From Octopus vulgaris (Eukaryota): 64,000 bases of DNA. The translations under genes and the position numbers were made by a program. Location of the stretch: the NCBI GenBank assembly GCA_951406725.2, contig OX597833.1, positions 44,268,001 through 44,332,000 on the forward strand, in the 5' to 3' direction. The notes under the pieces were generated by a model. That model was not told where the DNA came from. It worked only from the letters and a program-made list of their open reading frames with translations, and made no database searches. Of the stretch, positions 12,371 to 25,361 are shown piece by piece (positions within the stretch are counted from its first letter, which is position 1; the number at the start of each line of letters is the position of its first letter).

Positions 12371-12641
12371 CTAGCAGTATCGCCCGGCGTTGCTCGGGTT
12401 TGTAAGGGAAATAACTATATAAGCATTTTTAGTGAGTTATAGCAAAAAAAATAGCAAAAAATGCATTAAAAATGGAATAAAAAATGATAGTAACTTTTTT
12501 TTTAAATCGTTGACTCATCGTAGACATTTTTAGAGAGTTACTTCCCTTATATAATAGCGAAAAATGCATTAAAATGGAATAAAAAATTATTGTAATTTTT
12601 TTTTTAATCGTTGACTCACCGTAGACATTTTTAGAGAGTTA
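12371..12641 (-). mobile_element. Helitron 3'-end fragment of the same family as 9599-10060, with ~90-bp internal tandem repeats
   Basis: Begins CTAGCAGTATCGCCCGGCGTTGCTCGGGTTTGTAAGGGAAATAAC. Repeated ATCGTTGACTCA..GTAGACATTTTTAGAGAGTTA. Confidence 0.75.
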
Positions 12642-13978
12642 TACATATCACCAAGTAACTTAATGGTGCAGCGGTAGAGGTTGGGACTGAAAACGGTACG
12701 TTCATTGGTACCTTTCTCTTCGAATTCTATGACACTGTGCTCAGTGACATGCTGTCAACTTCTTTCTCAGAATGCTTCATAGTTCTGCTTAGTGGGTTGG
12801 CGTTCCTCTTCATTGGATCCTTTGTAAAACTTCTTGAGAGTTCTCAGTTCGTCCCGTTCACAGCTGGATTTTGTTGTGTAGCGTGTAGCCATTTTCAAAT
12901 AGTACCGCCAATTTGTGGTAGCTGGCAGTATGACGTAATGTCGTATTGCCGAAGAAATATGATTGTCGTATTCCCGTTGTTTGAAATAAGTGCTCATAGA
13001 GGAATTCTGAAAATTAGTTAAAGAATATTTTTATGTGATTTCAATTCTTTAAAGTCAAGTTGAGCAGTTATAAAAACCCTGAATTTTGGGGAAAACTTTA
13101 GTGTTTTGTGGGATGTAACTAAACTCCACGACACTCACTCCTTTGAGACATTGGTTATTTTTTTATGCCATGTCTATGAAAAATCTAACAAGACTTGTTT
13201 GAATTGTTGAGATCTATATAGTTAGTATGAAGAATTAGTTAACGTAAATTTTAAGTCGTAATTCTCTGCGACAAAATTACTTTACTTCAAATTGTATTAT
13301 AAATATTAAAAATGCTAAATGTAGGTAAATAAAATAATGTAGTAATTATTTTCTCTTTCTTCACGTTCTTCAGCTTATTAATGAAATGTATTTCTGTAAT
13401 TATGAAACTATATTTTTTTATAGCGGTTAAAAGAACACGAGTTTATCTATCTTCAACATACCTGCACGCATAAAATACATAGCCAACAATGAGTGCTGTC
13501 ACTTCCCTCAGCCATTTATCAACTACGCCCACTTTACTGCTGACCCACCGATCTTGTATATATCATGTTCAAATATTCAAACTATTGCCACTCACTTTTG
13601 TTGCTTGGTGGAGGCCATCAGACCTGGCGAATTACACTGCAACACAACAAAAATAATGCGTAAATTATCCCTTATAAGTCGGAAAAAGTTGTCAACAAAA
13701 TTTCAACGGACAGTTCAGCATAATGGTAAAGCACACATATTGGGGGATGTGGGTTAGAGTCTCATGGCTATTTGTTAACCTTTTCCGCTTTATAAGGGTA
13801 ATTTACTTCATTATTCTTGATGTTCTAACGGCAATACTGCGCTCGGGAAAACTATCACCTCTTATTTGTATCGTAGAATGCCCATTTCCCTCCTTGAAAT
13901 AGAAACAAGTATATATATAATGAATTCATTTAAACAAAATAATCAAGTAAGACTACATGTGTGTATAAATATATATAC

Positions 13979-14370
13979 GGCGCAGGAGTGGCTGTGTGGT
14001 AAGTAGCTTGCTTACCAACCACATGGTTCCGGGTTCATTCCCACTGCGTGGCACCTTGGGCAAGTGTCTTCTACTATAGCCTCGGGCTGGCCAAAGCCTT
14101 GTGAGTGGATTTAGCTGACGGAAACTGAAAGAAGCCCGTCGTATATACGTATATAACGTGTGTGTATATGTTTGTGTGTCTGTGTTTGTCCCACCACCAT
14201 TGCTTGACAACCGATGGTGCTGTGTAACTTAGCGGTTCAGCAAAAGAGACCGATAGAATAAGTACTAGGCTTACAAAGAATAAGTCCTGGGGTCGATTTA
14301 CTCGACTAGAAGGCGGTGCTCCAGCATGGCTGCAGTCAAATGACTGAAACAAGTAAAAGAGTAAAAGAGA
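13979..14370 (+). mobile_element. Octopus-type tRNA-derived CORE-like SINE
   Basis: GGCGCAGGAGTGGCTGTGTGGTAAG (A box), GGTTCATTCCC (B box), ACCTTGGGCAAGT core and AGTAAAAG tail. Same family at 36.3 and 51.5 kb. Confidence 0.85.
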
Positions 14371-14656
14371 GCAAAGAGTATACATGCATACGCATTCATA
14401 TATACACATACATATATATGCACGGGTACATACATATATGCACATATGCACACCTATAAAAGGATATTAAATAAGAAATGTAGAAATAAGAAAAGATACA
14501 GAAATTTGATATGTTAAGTGGGTGGGCTGGATTATAGGAAATGGATCTGAAATATATAAACTAAACCATGCATAGCACTGTAAAAGCGAGTGTCATTCCT
14601 ATATATGCCTTCCTAATTTAGTTGGAAAAAGATAGAGACTATAGGTGAAACTTTGT

Positions 14657-14662
14657 TTTATT
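14657..14662 (-). promoter_or_regulatory. Putative polyadenylation signal of gene copy B
   Basis: Minus-strand AATAAA in the block conserved across the three copies, ~1.4 kb after the stop. Confidence 0.5.
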
Positions 14663-15836
14663 ATATCTATTTAGATGCATATGCTTGGGCACGTATGTAC
14701 AAATATATATTGCACACATACAACCAGACATATTCTTATAATGTTTTCAGCATCAGAAAACAATGAACGGTAACTGGAGAAAGCACTCAATGTATAGTGT
14801 AGCGTCAAATATTTATATCCGGGGAAAACGTGAGTTGGCTGTTACTTGAAAGATTCGCTGAATCAGGCAGTAAGCTGAAACAAAAGAAAGTTTCGTCAAT
14901 TTAGAAAGAAACGATATATATATATATGTGTGTGTGTGTGAGTGTGTGTGTGTGTGTGTGTATACGTGTGTACGTAAGTATGTATGTGTGTATGTATGCA
15001 TGAATGTGTGTGTGTGTGTGTAGGTTTGTAGGAAGGTAGGTAGGTTTGTACGTAGGTAGATATGTAGATAGATAGGTTTGTAGGTAAGTAAGTAGGCCGG
15101 CAAGTGGGTAGGTAGCTTTGTAAGAATATATGTATGTATGCTTTTATGTATGTATGTATGTAGGGTTGGATAGATGGATGGTTGGATGGATGGATGACAA
15201 CGATGAGTTTGAAAGATAAGCGTTGCAGTGACCAGAAACTATATCAATATTATTTTATATAAGGATAACAAAATCAAAGAAAAGAAAAAGAAACGAAAAA
15301 AAGGCATTGGAGGGGCGATGCACACCCTGTGCGCAAAGAAAATTTTCGTAAATATGAGCATTGCTTGCCCATGCTTTTAAACTGAACTGAATTAAGCTTG
15401 GTAAGTGTTTGAGTAAAAGAGGATTAGAAGCGTAAGTAAATGACAGCTAAAAGTAGACCTGATCTATGTCTACGAAAAACGCATTTCAGTAAAGTTAGTA
15501 TATGACTAAATAGATAATTATTCAAATAATAATCATGATTATGACAAAGAAAGTGAAGGAAATATTGCATAGGATTGCAAAGAAAATATTGCATAGAATT
15601 TGAGAAGTGATTTCAACGTCTTCCAATGCTGGCAGGCGGATGAAACATACTGTCGTTCGTTGTAGGATACAAGTAATATGACCACTTGCTTATGGGGAAA
15701 TTTATAAATTCGATTTTTAAAACAATTTTCATTAGTCTTTTTAAGTATCATCATTACAGGTATTCATACTTCGGTGAAATTAAGAAATCAACTCATAAAT
15801 AAATGAAACGATGGAATCCATCACTGTACACACGCA

Positions 15837-15875
<39 letters not shown>

Positions 15876-16060
15876 ACACACACACACACATACAGAGTCT
15901 CATTTCTATTTCTATTTATATATGTATTATGTATGTACCCACACGTGTCAACGTGCTTAGGTACTTCATGATCTATACACATGCAGACGAGGGTCGAAGG
16001 TATATATGATACTAACCGGGTGGTTTCTGTTACTTTTTCGTTTTCGTTTTTGCAAGATCC

Positions 16061-16140
16061 TTAATGAAGATTGCCCATAAAAAGCAGGATTGCGGCAAAT
16101 GTTAGAATTTTCGTAATTATATCCGCACCATTCAATTTAT
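16061..16140 (-). CDS. Terminal exon (GPI-anchor-like signal) of gene copy B
   Basis: Acceptor tttttctctctattgcag. Reads (D)KLNGADIITKILTFAAILLFMGNLH*: small-residue omega candidate N-G-A, spacer and hydrophobic tail. Confidence 0.75.
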
Positions 16141-16659
16141 CTGCAATAGAGAGAAAAATATATATTCCTTCCCAAATTTGGTAAAATGTCAGAAATTTCA
16201 GAAGAGGGGAAAAATCGATTAGGTCGATTCCAGTACTTGACTGGTAACTATTTTATCGATCCCGATAGAATAGAAGTCAAATTCGGTGGAATTTGAACTC
16301 AGAAAGTAAAGCCACACAAAATGCCTCCAAGCATTTTTTCTGGCGTCCAATGATCCTGCCAGCTCGCCGCCTCAGAAAAAATAATCAAGGATATTGAGGA
16401 TTTATATAAGCACGTGTAAACAATAAATAAACAACATCAAGAAATCAGAACTAAATTCCACATTAAAAGGGATAACAAAAAATCACACAGATCCCGAGTC
16501 ACCCTGTTCATCATAGCCATTCTTTGGCATTGCTAGGGAAGCGATTAATAGATTCAAGACTGCAGCTTTGACGAGCTTTGGAAAAACACGTCTAGCAAAC
16601 AGTGACCGTATTTACTCACTATCAAGCAAATGCAGGAGATGTCGTATCCTCAGCGTGTA

Positions 16660-17370
16660 TTTTTTTTAAAAATGTTATAAAATCTTTCATGAGGATGTTA
16701 CTAAGCTTTGTTGGGAAGTTTTTTTATCTAATGTCTGAGGGGTTTCGTTAAACTTTTACAAACACACGCGCTCTTAAAGAGGAAGTTGTTATTTTTGTGG
16801 TAATGGTAGTATTATTTCCGGTTTATTTTCGGACTTTTGATTTTGGTTATAGATATTCTTTTATTATTGTTTATAATATGGCGTGTTGGCAATTTTTGGT
16901 TTAATTTCGGATTTAGATTTCTTAGTAGCTGTACATCTTCATCGTTTATTTTGTAAAATCAGAATATTTCAAATTTTCCATTTGCACAGATATCTAGTTA
17001 TTCACTACATAGGACATTCCCAAGAGATTAATCCCTAATTTATTGTTTATTCTCATTTACACAGCTGGTCAGTTTCCTACCCGTCTCTCCAATGTAGTTT
17101 TCCTCGCATTGTGGACATGTGATGCAGCAGATGAGATTTTATTCTTTTGCAATTCATATTTGCATTCACTTTTAATTCCTTCTCATTCTTGAGTCATTTG
17201 TTTGTGTCTTGCTCAATTAATTTGCATGTCCCTCAACGGAGGTGTCTACAGCTGATTACTTGCATCGTTCCTTTTTCAAATGTGAATCTCGACTTTCTTA
17301 GGAGTCTCTTGAGGTTAGGTGGTTGTCTTCGAGTGTTGATAATCTGTGATTTGAAATTATTCGCTGAAGA
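16660..17370 (-). mobile_element. Penelope/Poseidon-type GIY-YIG endonuclease relic
   Basis: PPNLKRLLRK..CGTCKLI..CCITCPQCEENYIGETGRKL. Paralogue of 40720-41455. Confidence 0.75.
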
Positions 17371-17829
17371 TTATATACACACAATATGGGAATACATACA
17401 TACGCACACAAATATATAAATACACATACATATGTAAATACAAACACACACATTTCATATAATCTTCCACATTCTTTGTACGTTTCACAAACATACACAC
17501 ACAACACATTCTACACATCTTTATACACACTCTGTTTCACTATCACACACCATCGCACATCTTCAACAAGCTGCATGAAGGCCTCTACATCCACTGTTTT
17601 TCATTTCACTGTCCGCATAAGCATCACATCTTCTACACACCACATACATACACCTTTATATATACTGTTATACACTATCGCACGTTTTATACACTCTACA
17701 TATAGTCCTGTATACACGCTGCCATACATATCACATCTACACACCAATTGCCTGTAGTCTTGTGTATATATACGATTAAATCAAGGATATAAAAACCCTC
17801 GTAAAGGGATGTTAGCATTTCTTTTTCTT

Positions 17830-17861
<32 letters not shown>

Positions 17862-18626
17862 GCACACACACTACTGTACATTACACATTTTATACACACC
17901 ACAAAGTCCTCTACAAATATTATACACACTTCATGTAGTCCTCAACATTGACTGTCCGTCCACACATTCCCCGTTGTATGTATTCCCATATTGTGTGTAT
18001 ATATGTTTATATACACGTGTGTGCATCCATATATATATATATACATGAGTGTTTATACGTATGTTTGTATTTACATATGTAGATAATAGAGAGACGGACT
18101 GAGTGAGAGAAGGAACACGAAAACAAACAGTAACAGTATGTTGTCTGAGTTTTTAGACGCAGCAAATGATTTGAGCTCAAATACTGGCGATTCATTGGTT
18201 AAAATTCGAAGAATTAAACTACGTTAAACTTACAAATTACAAATTTATCAAAAAAGCCAAGTGAAAATAATGTTTTCTTTTGACACATTCTACCAGTAAA
18301 CGAAGTTTCAAATTGTTTAGTTTACTAGAAATTGGGTTGAATTCTGTCTATCTAAAGGAAAAGATCCGGAAATTGACCCTAGAAGAAATTCAGATGACTT
18401 CATCTGTTAGCCGGATTATAATAATACTAGACACATTGATGTCTATAAATCTGTGAGTCAGAATAATAGGGAGTTGTATATTGGGTAATGGAGTGGATAT
18501 ATTATTATCATTAATATAATACTAAATTACAGAATTTTATTGTAGTTACATTACTAACTGGTTCTAAACCTTTGGTATAAATCTATTATGTAACTATAAT
18601 ATAATATTATATAAATAATAATTATA

Positions 18627-18687
18627 TTCAGTGGTAGAATGCTCGCCTGCCACGCGGGCGGCCCGGGTTCGATTCCTGGCCGATGCA
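18627..18687 (+). pseudogene. 5'-truncated tRNA-Gly(GCC)
   Basis: TTCAGTGGTAGAATGCTCGCCTGCCACGCGGGCGGCCCGGGTTCGATTCCTGGCCGATGCA matches the metazoan tRNA-Gly-GCC, but the 5' acceptor strand (~10 nt) is replaced by AT-rich DNA. Confidence 0.85.
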
Positions 18688-18879
18688 CATCGCTTTTAGG
18701 CGCTGGAGTGACTTCTGCTATAGCCCCGGGCCGACCAATGCCTTGTGAGTGGATTTGGTAGATGGAAACTGAAAGAAGCATGTCGTATATATGTATATAT
18801 GGCCGCAGTCAAATGACTGAAACAAGTAAACAAGTAAAGAGAGTATATCGGGCTGGGCTTGTACGCGGTATATAACGTG

Positions 18880-19290
18880 GTATATCTTATCTAAGTTTGG
18901 TTTTGGCCATTAGTCGCCCAGACCATGTGAAACTAAACAATATTGCTTGGTGTAGTCTTGTAAGTCATACTTTAAGAGGGAAAGCAACTGTTATTTGCAG
19001 AGAAGTACCCGGATGCCGGTGGTTTGTTTCGTATATCTCGGAGGAATTTGTTAATTTTCTGTTTGAATGCTGCGAAGTCGTATTATTTTGATTTGTTTCG
19101 GAATCATGTTAAGCAAGGCAGGAACCCTTCAGTGAAAGAAAAACTAATTGTAGTGCAATTCGTAATGTTGTCATGTGATATGAACTTGGCTTTTGTCGCA
19201 AATATGTATGGCGCGGGGACCAAGACATTAGTAAATATCTTCTACAAGAGTCCAATGATGTCCAATGCCTTTTAAGTGAGTTTGGTCGAA
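18880..19290 (-). mobile_element. CR1-group LINE 3' fragment
   Basis: RVPALxNMIPKQIK..AFKQ..NKFLR C-terminal pattern. Paralogue at 42010-42290. Confidence 0.5.
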
Positions 19291-19312
19291 GGAAAATCTG
19301 TTGAAGTCTGTC

Positions 19313-19464
<152 letters not shown>

Positions 19465-19868
19465 GTATGTGTGACAAAGGGAGACAGAGAAAGAGAGAAA
19501 GAGAGTGAGAGAGGGAGCGTATACATGTATGTGTTTATCATTCGTTCCCCCACAATCACTTGAGAAACTGTGTTGGTTTGTTTACATCCTTGTAGCTTTG
19601 CAGATCGGCAGTAGAGAGGGTTATAATAAGCACTGGTGTCCATTTGTTCGACGAAGACCTTGCATGGCCACGGTGAAATAAGTGAAAGAAGCAAAAGTTA
19701 AAGTACAAAGGATACCTGCATTAGCTTTTCCTTCGATTGCTGGCCGCAACTCTCCTAGAATAAAATATAATAAATTAGAAACAAAATAGTATTTAGAAAC
19801 ACAATATTTGATATATTGATACGGTTTTTTTCCAAACTGGAAAGTGAAATCAAAGCAAAATGTGTGCA

Positions 19869-19966
<98 letters not shown>

Positions 19967-22158
19967 AACGACCTCTACTAAATAGAGGTCGTTAAAATTG
20001 ATAATCCTATCTTCGTTGTCAGGAATTAGTCAAGGGATCGAAGAATTCTCTCACTCCTCCAACCACAACCCGTGTAAACATTGAGAGTCATGAAGGACGG
20101 TAATAGCAGGAACCGAAATGAATAGGAATTCAATCTTCACAATAATATTATGGGAACTAAAAACTAGAGGCAGGCAGACGTTTTCGAAAACATAGAATAA
20201 TGATCACCCCGAATGAAAACAATTGAAAAATCATTAAGGCCTCCGAAATGTACATCTCCCATGAAGAGAACACGCTCTGCTCTGAGGTACCTATCTCCTA
20301 TGAAAGAACCGACCTTTAGTGAAGAATCCAGCGAGAACTGAAAGAGTATATATATGTATGTATATATATGTTTGCATGCGCGTCTACCTGTGTGTCTAGC
20401 GGTGGAGTCTAGCAGCTCAGTTCATGGATGAGCAACTCCACTACCATCAACACGATAACAAAAGTCAAAACAAGGTTATCAACAATAACAACTAAACGCA
20501 GAGTAAAACACAGACGCCGAACCTCGAGCCCCTCCTCATCAACACTGCATATAGTGGCGGTGATGTTGGCCATAGGAAGCGAAATTATTCTTGCAAAGGT
20601 GGGGATTCGATGAATACCTTTCGAAAACTACCACAAAATGGCTATTAATTTAAACTAGCACAAGCACATGCATCGAACTAAAAATATATTCTATAAAAAT
20701 AAGGGTTTCAGGATGAAATAAGGGTTTCTGGACAACAGAAGCTTAGAAAGGTTTTTATTGTTTTTTCCACCTCAGTTAACAAGAGGGCCCTTCTCGAAAA
20801 ATATAGCTAGTGGCATTTCCAGATTTACCCTTAGATGTCGGTCGATTTAGATTAGATCCATAAAGAGAAACTCGGTTAGAGGAAGCTGAATGTATACTTA
20901 TCGGCGCGCAAAACTACAGGGTTCGGCTTAGCGAATTCGATAAGCGATATTTAATGGAAATAATCGTCAGCAACCGCTGGTGAAACACTCTGAAGAGTTC
21001 AGTTAGATCAGTATCGTGAACGTTTAGTAAATCAGTAATGATAGAGAGGAATAAATTGAGATGAGCTCTAGTGAGTAATCTAGAAGAGGCTATTAATAAA
21101 GTGACAGGCTAGCAGCAGGAATAGGCATCATTTATTTCTATTCATGAAAATGTTGTATTGACAAAGTTGTGTTCGTGTGCTAAAAGAAAGAAGAATCGAA
21201 GGCTGTCTGATATAGCCAAACAGGGAAAATATGATGTAAAAGAAAAACTACAATCCAAACATTGTTTTGAACCATCGCATTCATAGTTCCCAGCTTTTTA
21301 CCATGACTGCCATACACAAACCCAGGCGATTGTGTCTCAGCCAATCAAATCCCTTGGAGAGCTAAAATCTTGTCAAATGACTTATAGAATGTTCTAGAAC
21401 TGTGCCGACGAAATATTAAAGGCGAACAAACCTAAAGAAAAGGACCGACATCAGATTCTACAAGGGGTTATGTCATTTTCTCTATCTTCAAATATTAACA
21501 ACAACGGGAGACACCAAGGATTTATGTCGGTAAATCTCATGTTTCTTTAACTGAATCTGTCCTCTCCAATTATGCATCATTGTTGTGTTATATATCAGCA
21601 CGCAAAACTAACTAAATGTTCGTTTATTCGTTAAATCTAAAATGTCATCTCTGCAACAGCGGTAAAAATGTATACATTATGTACCTGGTTAAATAAACAA
21701 AATGAAATATTATATTCAATTTAGTGTGATGTTAAGAATTGAACACGAAGCGCATGTTCTCTATTGTCGATTCTTCATTAGCTGCATCACAATCACGCTA
21801 AAATATTAACCCTGCTCATTTCAACCTTACAAGGACTGCTTCCTCTCAATCAATTTCTGAAAGAGTTAGGCCATTTACCACGCAACTACTTCCAAATCAA
21901 TCAGGAAATCTAAATCGAACCCAAACCTTCGAAATCTAATCACCTAGTCGATAGGGAGTAGACCATTTTGATTTGTCTCTGTATCCTATACTATAATGGT
22001 GACATCGTCCTCTAATGCAGATACGATACTTCTTACATAGCTAAGTCTTTCAAAATCTCCAACTTCTATTAGTAAAGATCTGAGGTTACATAGCAACAGT
22101 AACATTAACAGAAAAAGTAAAAACGCAAACCAAAATAACATAAAGGGCATTTGCTCAC

Positions 22159-22461
22159 CTTTTGCGATGATTGGTATACTAAATGTTTTGCCGAAAACAA
22201 AACACGAGATCACTGTGACGTCAAGGTCGTCCTTTTTTACAGTGTAATTATAAGTTGACTCTACTAGAACATAACATTTGCCAGCAGTTGAAACATTTAC
22301 ATAAAGTTTATGTTCAGTTTTGCCGCGAAAACTGTTTTCAATCCAAAAAAAGGCATGACGATCAAAAGGTGAACCGACATATGCTCTACATCTGAAGGTC
22401 GATGTCTTGTCAACTGCAAAGGGAGGGTTAAGAAGTTCCAGATCCTTAATGTGAGGTTTTG
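22159..22461 (-). CDS. Ig domain 2 exon of gene copy B
   Basis: 303 nt, phase 1-1, acceptor tttacttttcag, donor gtgagc. Reads AKPHIKDLELLNPPFAVDKTSTFRCRAYVGSPFDRHAFFWIE..GKCY..STYNYTVKKDD..ISCFVFGKT. Confidence 0.85.
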
Positions 22462-22756
22462 CTGAAAAGTAAACAAATTAACATTTGTTAATTTTAGGAT
22501 AATAGATCTTTTAGGAAAATATATTCAGTGGTTTCACTGATATAAACTACAATCTTCATACTCAAACAAAGAGTATAACAACACTCAAACTATCTGTGAA
22601 GCTAAGCCCTTTGAACTCCTGCTTCTAAGTGTTCAACTGTATAACTTTGTTTTTAAAAAACGCTGGTGCTAGAGCCGTGTGGAGCCGTGTCAATAGCAAT
22701 AACCATACAAGCTCATCAATAATACATTATACTTTATAAAAAAATATATATATATT

Positions 22757-22811
<55 letters not shown>

Positions 22812-22829
22812 TATATATCATATATATAT

Positions 22830-23655
22830 ATAGTATAAATATCAATGTCTGTGTGTTCGTGTGTTCATGTGTTACTTATAGACTCGAAAACTACAGTACC
22901 GACCCTAATGAAATTTGGAACACTAAATGCAAAAATAGTGAGAAGGATTATGTTATATGTTTCATACAATTTTGAGGGGGTATAAAGGAGGATGTAGAAC
23001 CCTCACCCCGCCCCGTCAAAATTCATATCCTTCCGATTTTGATGAAATTTGATCCCTAGGTATTAGAAATAAATTTTAAAATATACCCAAAATTGACATT
23101 TCTTTGGATGATTCTAAAACCACATAATGCGGGCTTAACCCCCAAATATCAGTCCTTTTTTATGGACCAAAATTACTGGATGGATCCTTAGGATATGTAG
23201 AACTTAGATTCAATGCATAAGGGCAAGTATAATGCGGTATGTTTGGTTTGAATTTGTGGGGCTTAAAGGGGGCAGAACCTTCCATGAAAATTCATAAATT
23301 TCTCTTGTTGATGACATTTCAACCATAAGTAATTGACACAAATCAAGAAGTATTCCCAAAGTTTCCGCTGCTTATGAAGATTCTAAGACCCCCAAATTTT
23401 AGTCATTTTTTTATGATCCAAAATAAGGTCAAAAGTACTGAATGGATGTTTATGAAATTTGGAAATTATATTCTATGCATAAGGGTAGATATAAAGTTTG
23501 AATGTGAGGGGTATAAATTCATATATTTTTACTGTTGATGAAAATTTAACCATAGATATTAGACACAAATGAATGTATATTCCTAAAATTTCAACTACTT
23601 ACGAGATTAGTAAGACACCTCAATGGGGGATTAACTCCCATAATTTAGTCATGTT
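22830..23655 (+). mobile_element. Non-autonomous Helitron/Helentron-like element with degenerate internal subrepeats
   Basis: GTCTGTGTGTTCGTGTG..AAAACTAC..GAAATTTGG head, with recurrent GATGAAATTT / TTCTAAGACCCC / TTTAGTC units. Paralogue at 49350-50200. Confidence 0.45.
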
Positions 23656-24099
23656 TCCTAAGCTAAAATGTATACAATTGTAGTCTTGGAAACTGTAGAG
23701 TCACCCGGGAATACAAGATGAGCGTTATTTGTAAGAGTTTGCTTTGAGATATACTTAGATTGTGATTTCTGCTGTGTGCATAAATTGTCAAGTAAAGGAG
23801 AGCCAAATTTGCCTCCACTGGTTTCGTTGCAAAGTGTTATTTTGAGCAAAGTTATTTGGTTGTAGACCTCCTTTGCGACTTTTTATTATCACTGGGTCAG
23901 AGACAGTCCCCAAATGGTGTCATTGATTTCAAGGCCTTTCCAGATAAGTGATTGGTCATTCAGAGAGACTTATAGGTTGCAAATTTCTGTTCAGTTACCT
24001 ATAGGCATATTGATTATTGGCAAACTCCAGAGGTGACACTTTCATTTCCCCTTACCTCTCACGTCACACAGTTGTTATTGTTTATTTGAACTGGGTCAC

Positions 24100-24780
24100 G
24101 CCCTTCCAATAAATGATCTCGTCTAGAACAATCAGAGGAGCTGACGACAGATGAACTCCTGCAGCTTCAGGAGCAACAGCATTTGGATGCGGTGGAAGGG
24201 ATTGGTTCCTCGGAGGAACACAGTGTAGCAGGGAATGTTATCACTATTAGTATCATAGATGCAGTGTTGGCAAAGTTGCAGTATTTTTTCTGAATTTGTA
24301 GAAAAATATTATCTTGAAAAAGTAACTGCAGGTCATTCAGCTGCTTTATTCAGTGACACTGCACCGGCGCATTTTCGATATATTTTTGATATATTTCTAA
24401 TGAAACGACCTGCAAGTGTAAAAAGTGAAGAAAATGTGTCCCAAAATGTTAAATTTATCGAAGTGAGACAGAAAATGCCAGAGGTTGTTCTTTATGAAGT
24501 CTTAATGGAAGGAGATTCTCCTCCCCAACAGTATTTCTCCTTCCCTCTCTCTATCGTCTTCCTCACGCATATATCGTCCCATTTTAAAGATAATTCAGCT
24601 AATAAAACCTGTTTACATATTTCTTTTACATTCTCTATTTTATAATTGTCATTTTAATTGGAAGTACACCTTTTCTGTCTTAAAACTCATAAAAAATTGT
24701 TTTTGGACTGTTTGGCTGGCCTGGAACGGATTAATTATATTGCAGTTAATTTCAATGGGGAAAATTGATTTGTAAAATGA
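24100..24780 (+). mobile_element. Tigger/pogo-like DNA transposon 3' relic
   Basis: ELLQLQEQQH, FVEKYYLEK..LFSDTAPAHF, DIFLMKR C-terminal pattern and GGAACGGATTAAT..TTTCAATGGGGAAA subterminal motif. Paralogue at 50680-51400. Confidence 0.55.
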
Positions 24781-24963
24781 GTAAATTGCACAACTATTAC
24801 AGTACACAATACGTAGATTATTTCTGCAATAGAAAATACAAAACCAGAGTAAAATATTGCACATATGAAATGCTACAAATCTGTCCACTTCAGTGCAGTA
24901 GAAACACGCAATAGAGATAAAAGTAATATTGGGGCTGAAACAAATAGAACTAGTAAAACTCAC

Positions 24964-25281
24964 CTCCCAGAAGTTTAGGTTTTGAAGCTTCTAAAGGTGT
25001 ATTACATGTGTAGTATCCCATATCCTTGCAGGAGAATGGCAGCTTCATGCAGCTAATCTCAATTAAATCATCAGTCATTGTACAGTCGAAACCTTTCTCC
25101 TCGGTTGTTTTCTCAAAGACACCCTTCTCCTTGTTGTGTATAAATTTTGCAATGGTAAGGTTGTGATTTTTCACCAGAGAAATCTCAGTAACATTATCTA
25201 CATCACTCCTACATGTTATAGTTAATAGATTATATAATTCAAATTCAATACCATCAGCAGGGGTTATGTCCATTTCAACAA
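24964..25281 (-). CDS. Ig domain 1 exon of gene copy B
   Basis: 318 nt, phase 1-1, acceptor ttcctttattcctacacag, donor gtgagt. Contains LTITC (B strand) and CKDMGYYTC (DxGxYxC, F strand). Confidence 0.85.
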
Positions 25282-25361
25282 CTGTGTAGGAATAAAGGAA
25301 AAAGAATAAATCAGAGGAACTGTTTGTAGTAATACATAACTGCATTTACAGAACGACTTCA

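Noticed and set aside
18627-18687. Functional tRNA-Gly gene
   Set aside because: The 5' acceptor strand and part of the A box are missing, so it cannot fold into a cloverleaf.
20428-20613. Short ORF MSNSTTINT.. present in both B and C (45627-45812)
   Set aside because: Conservation is explained by the recent duplication. It lies in an unclassified decayed repeat with no splice or domain support.
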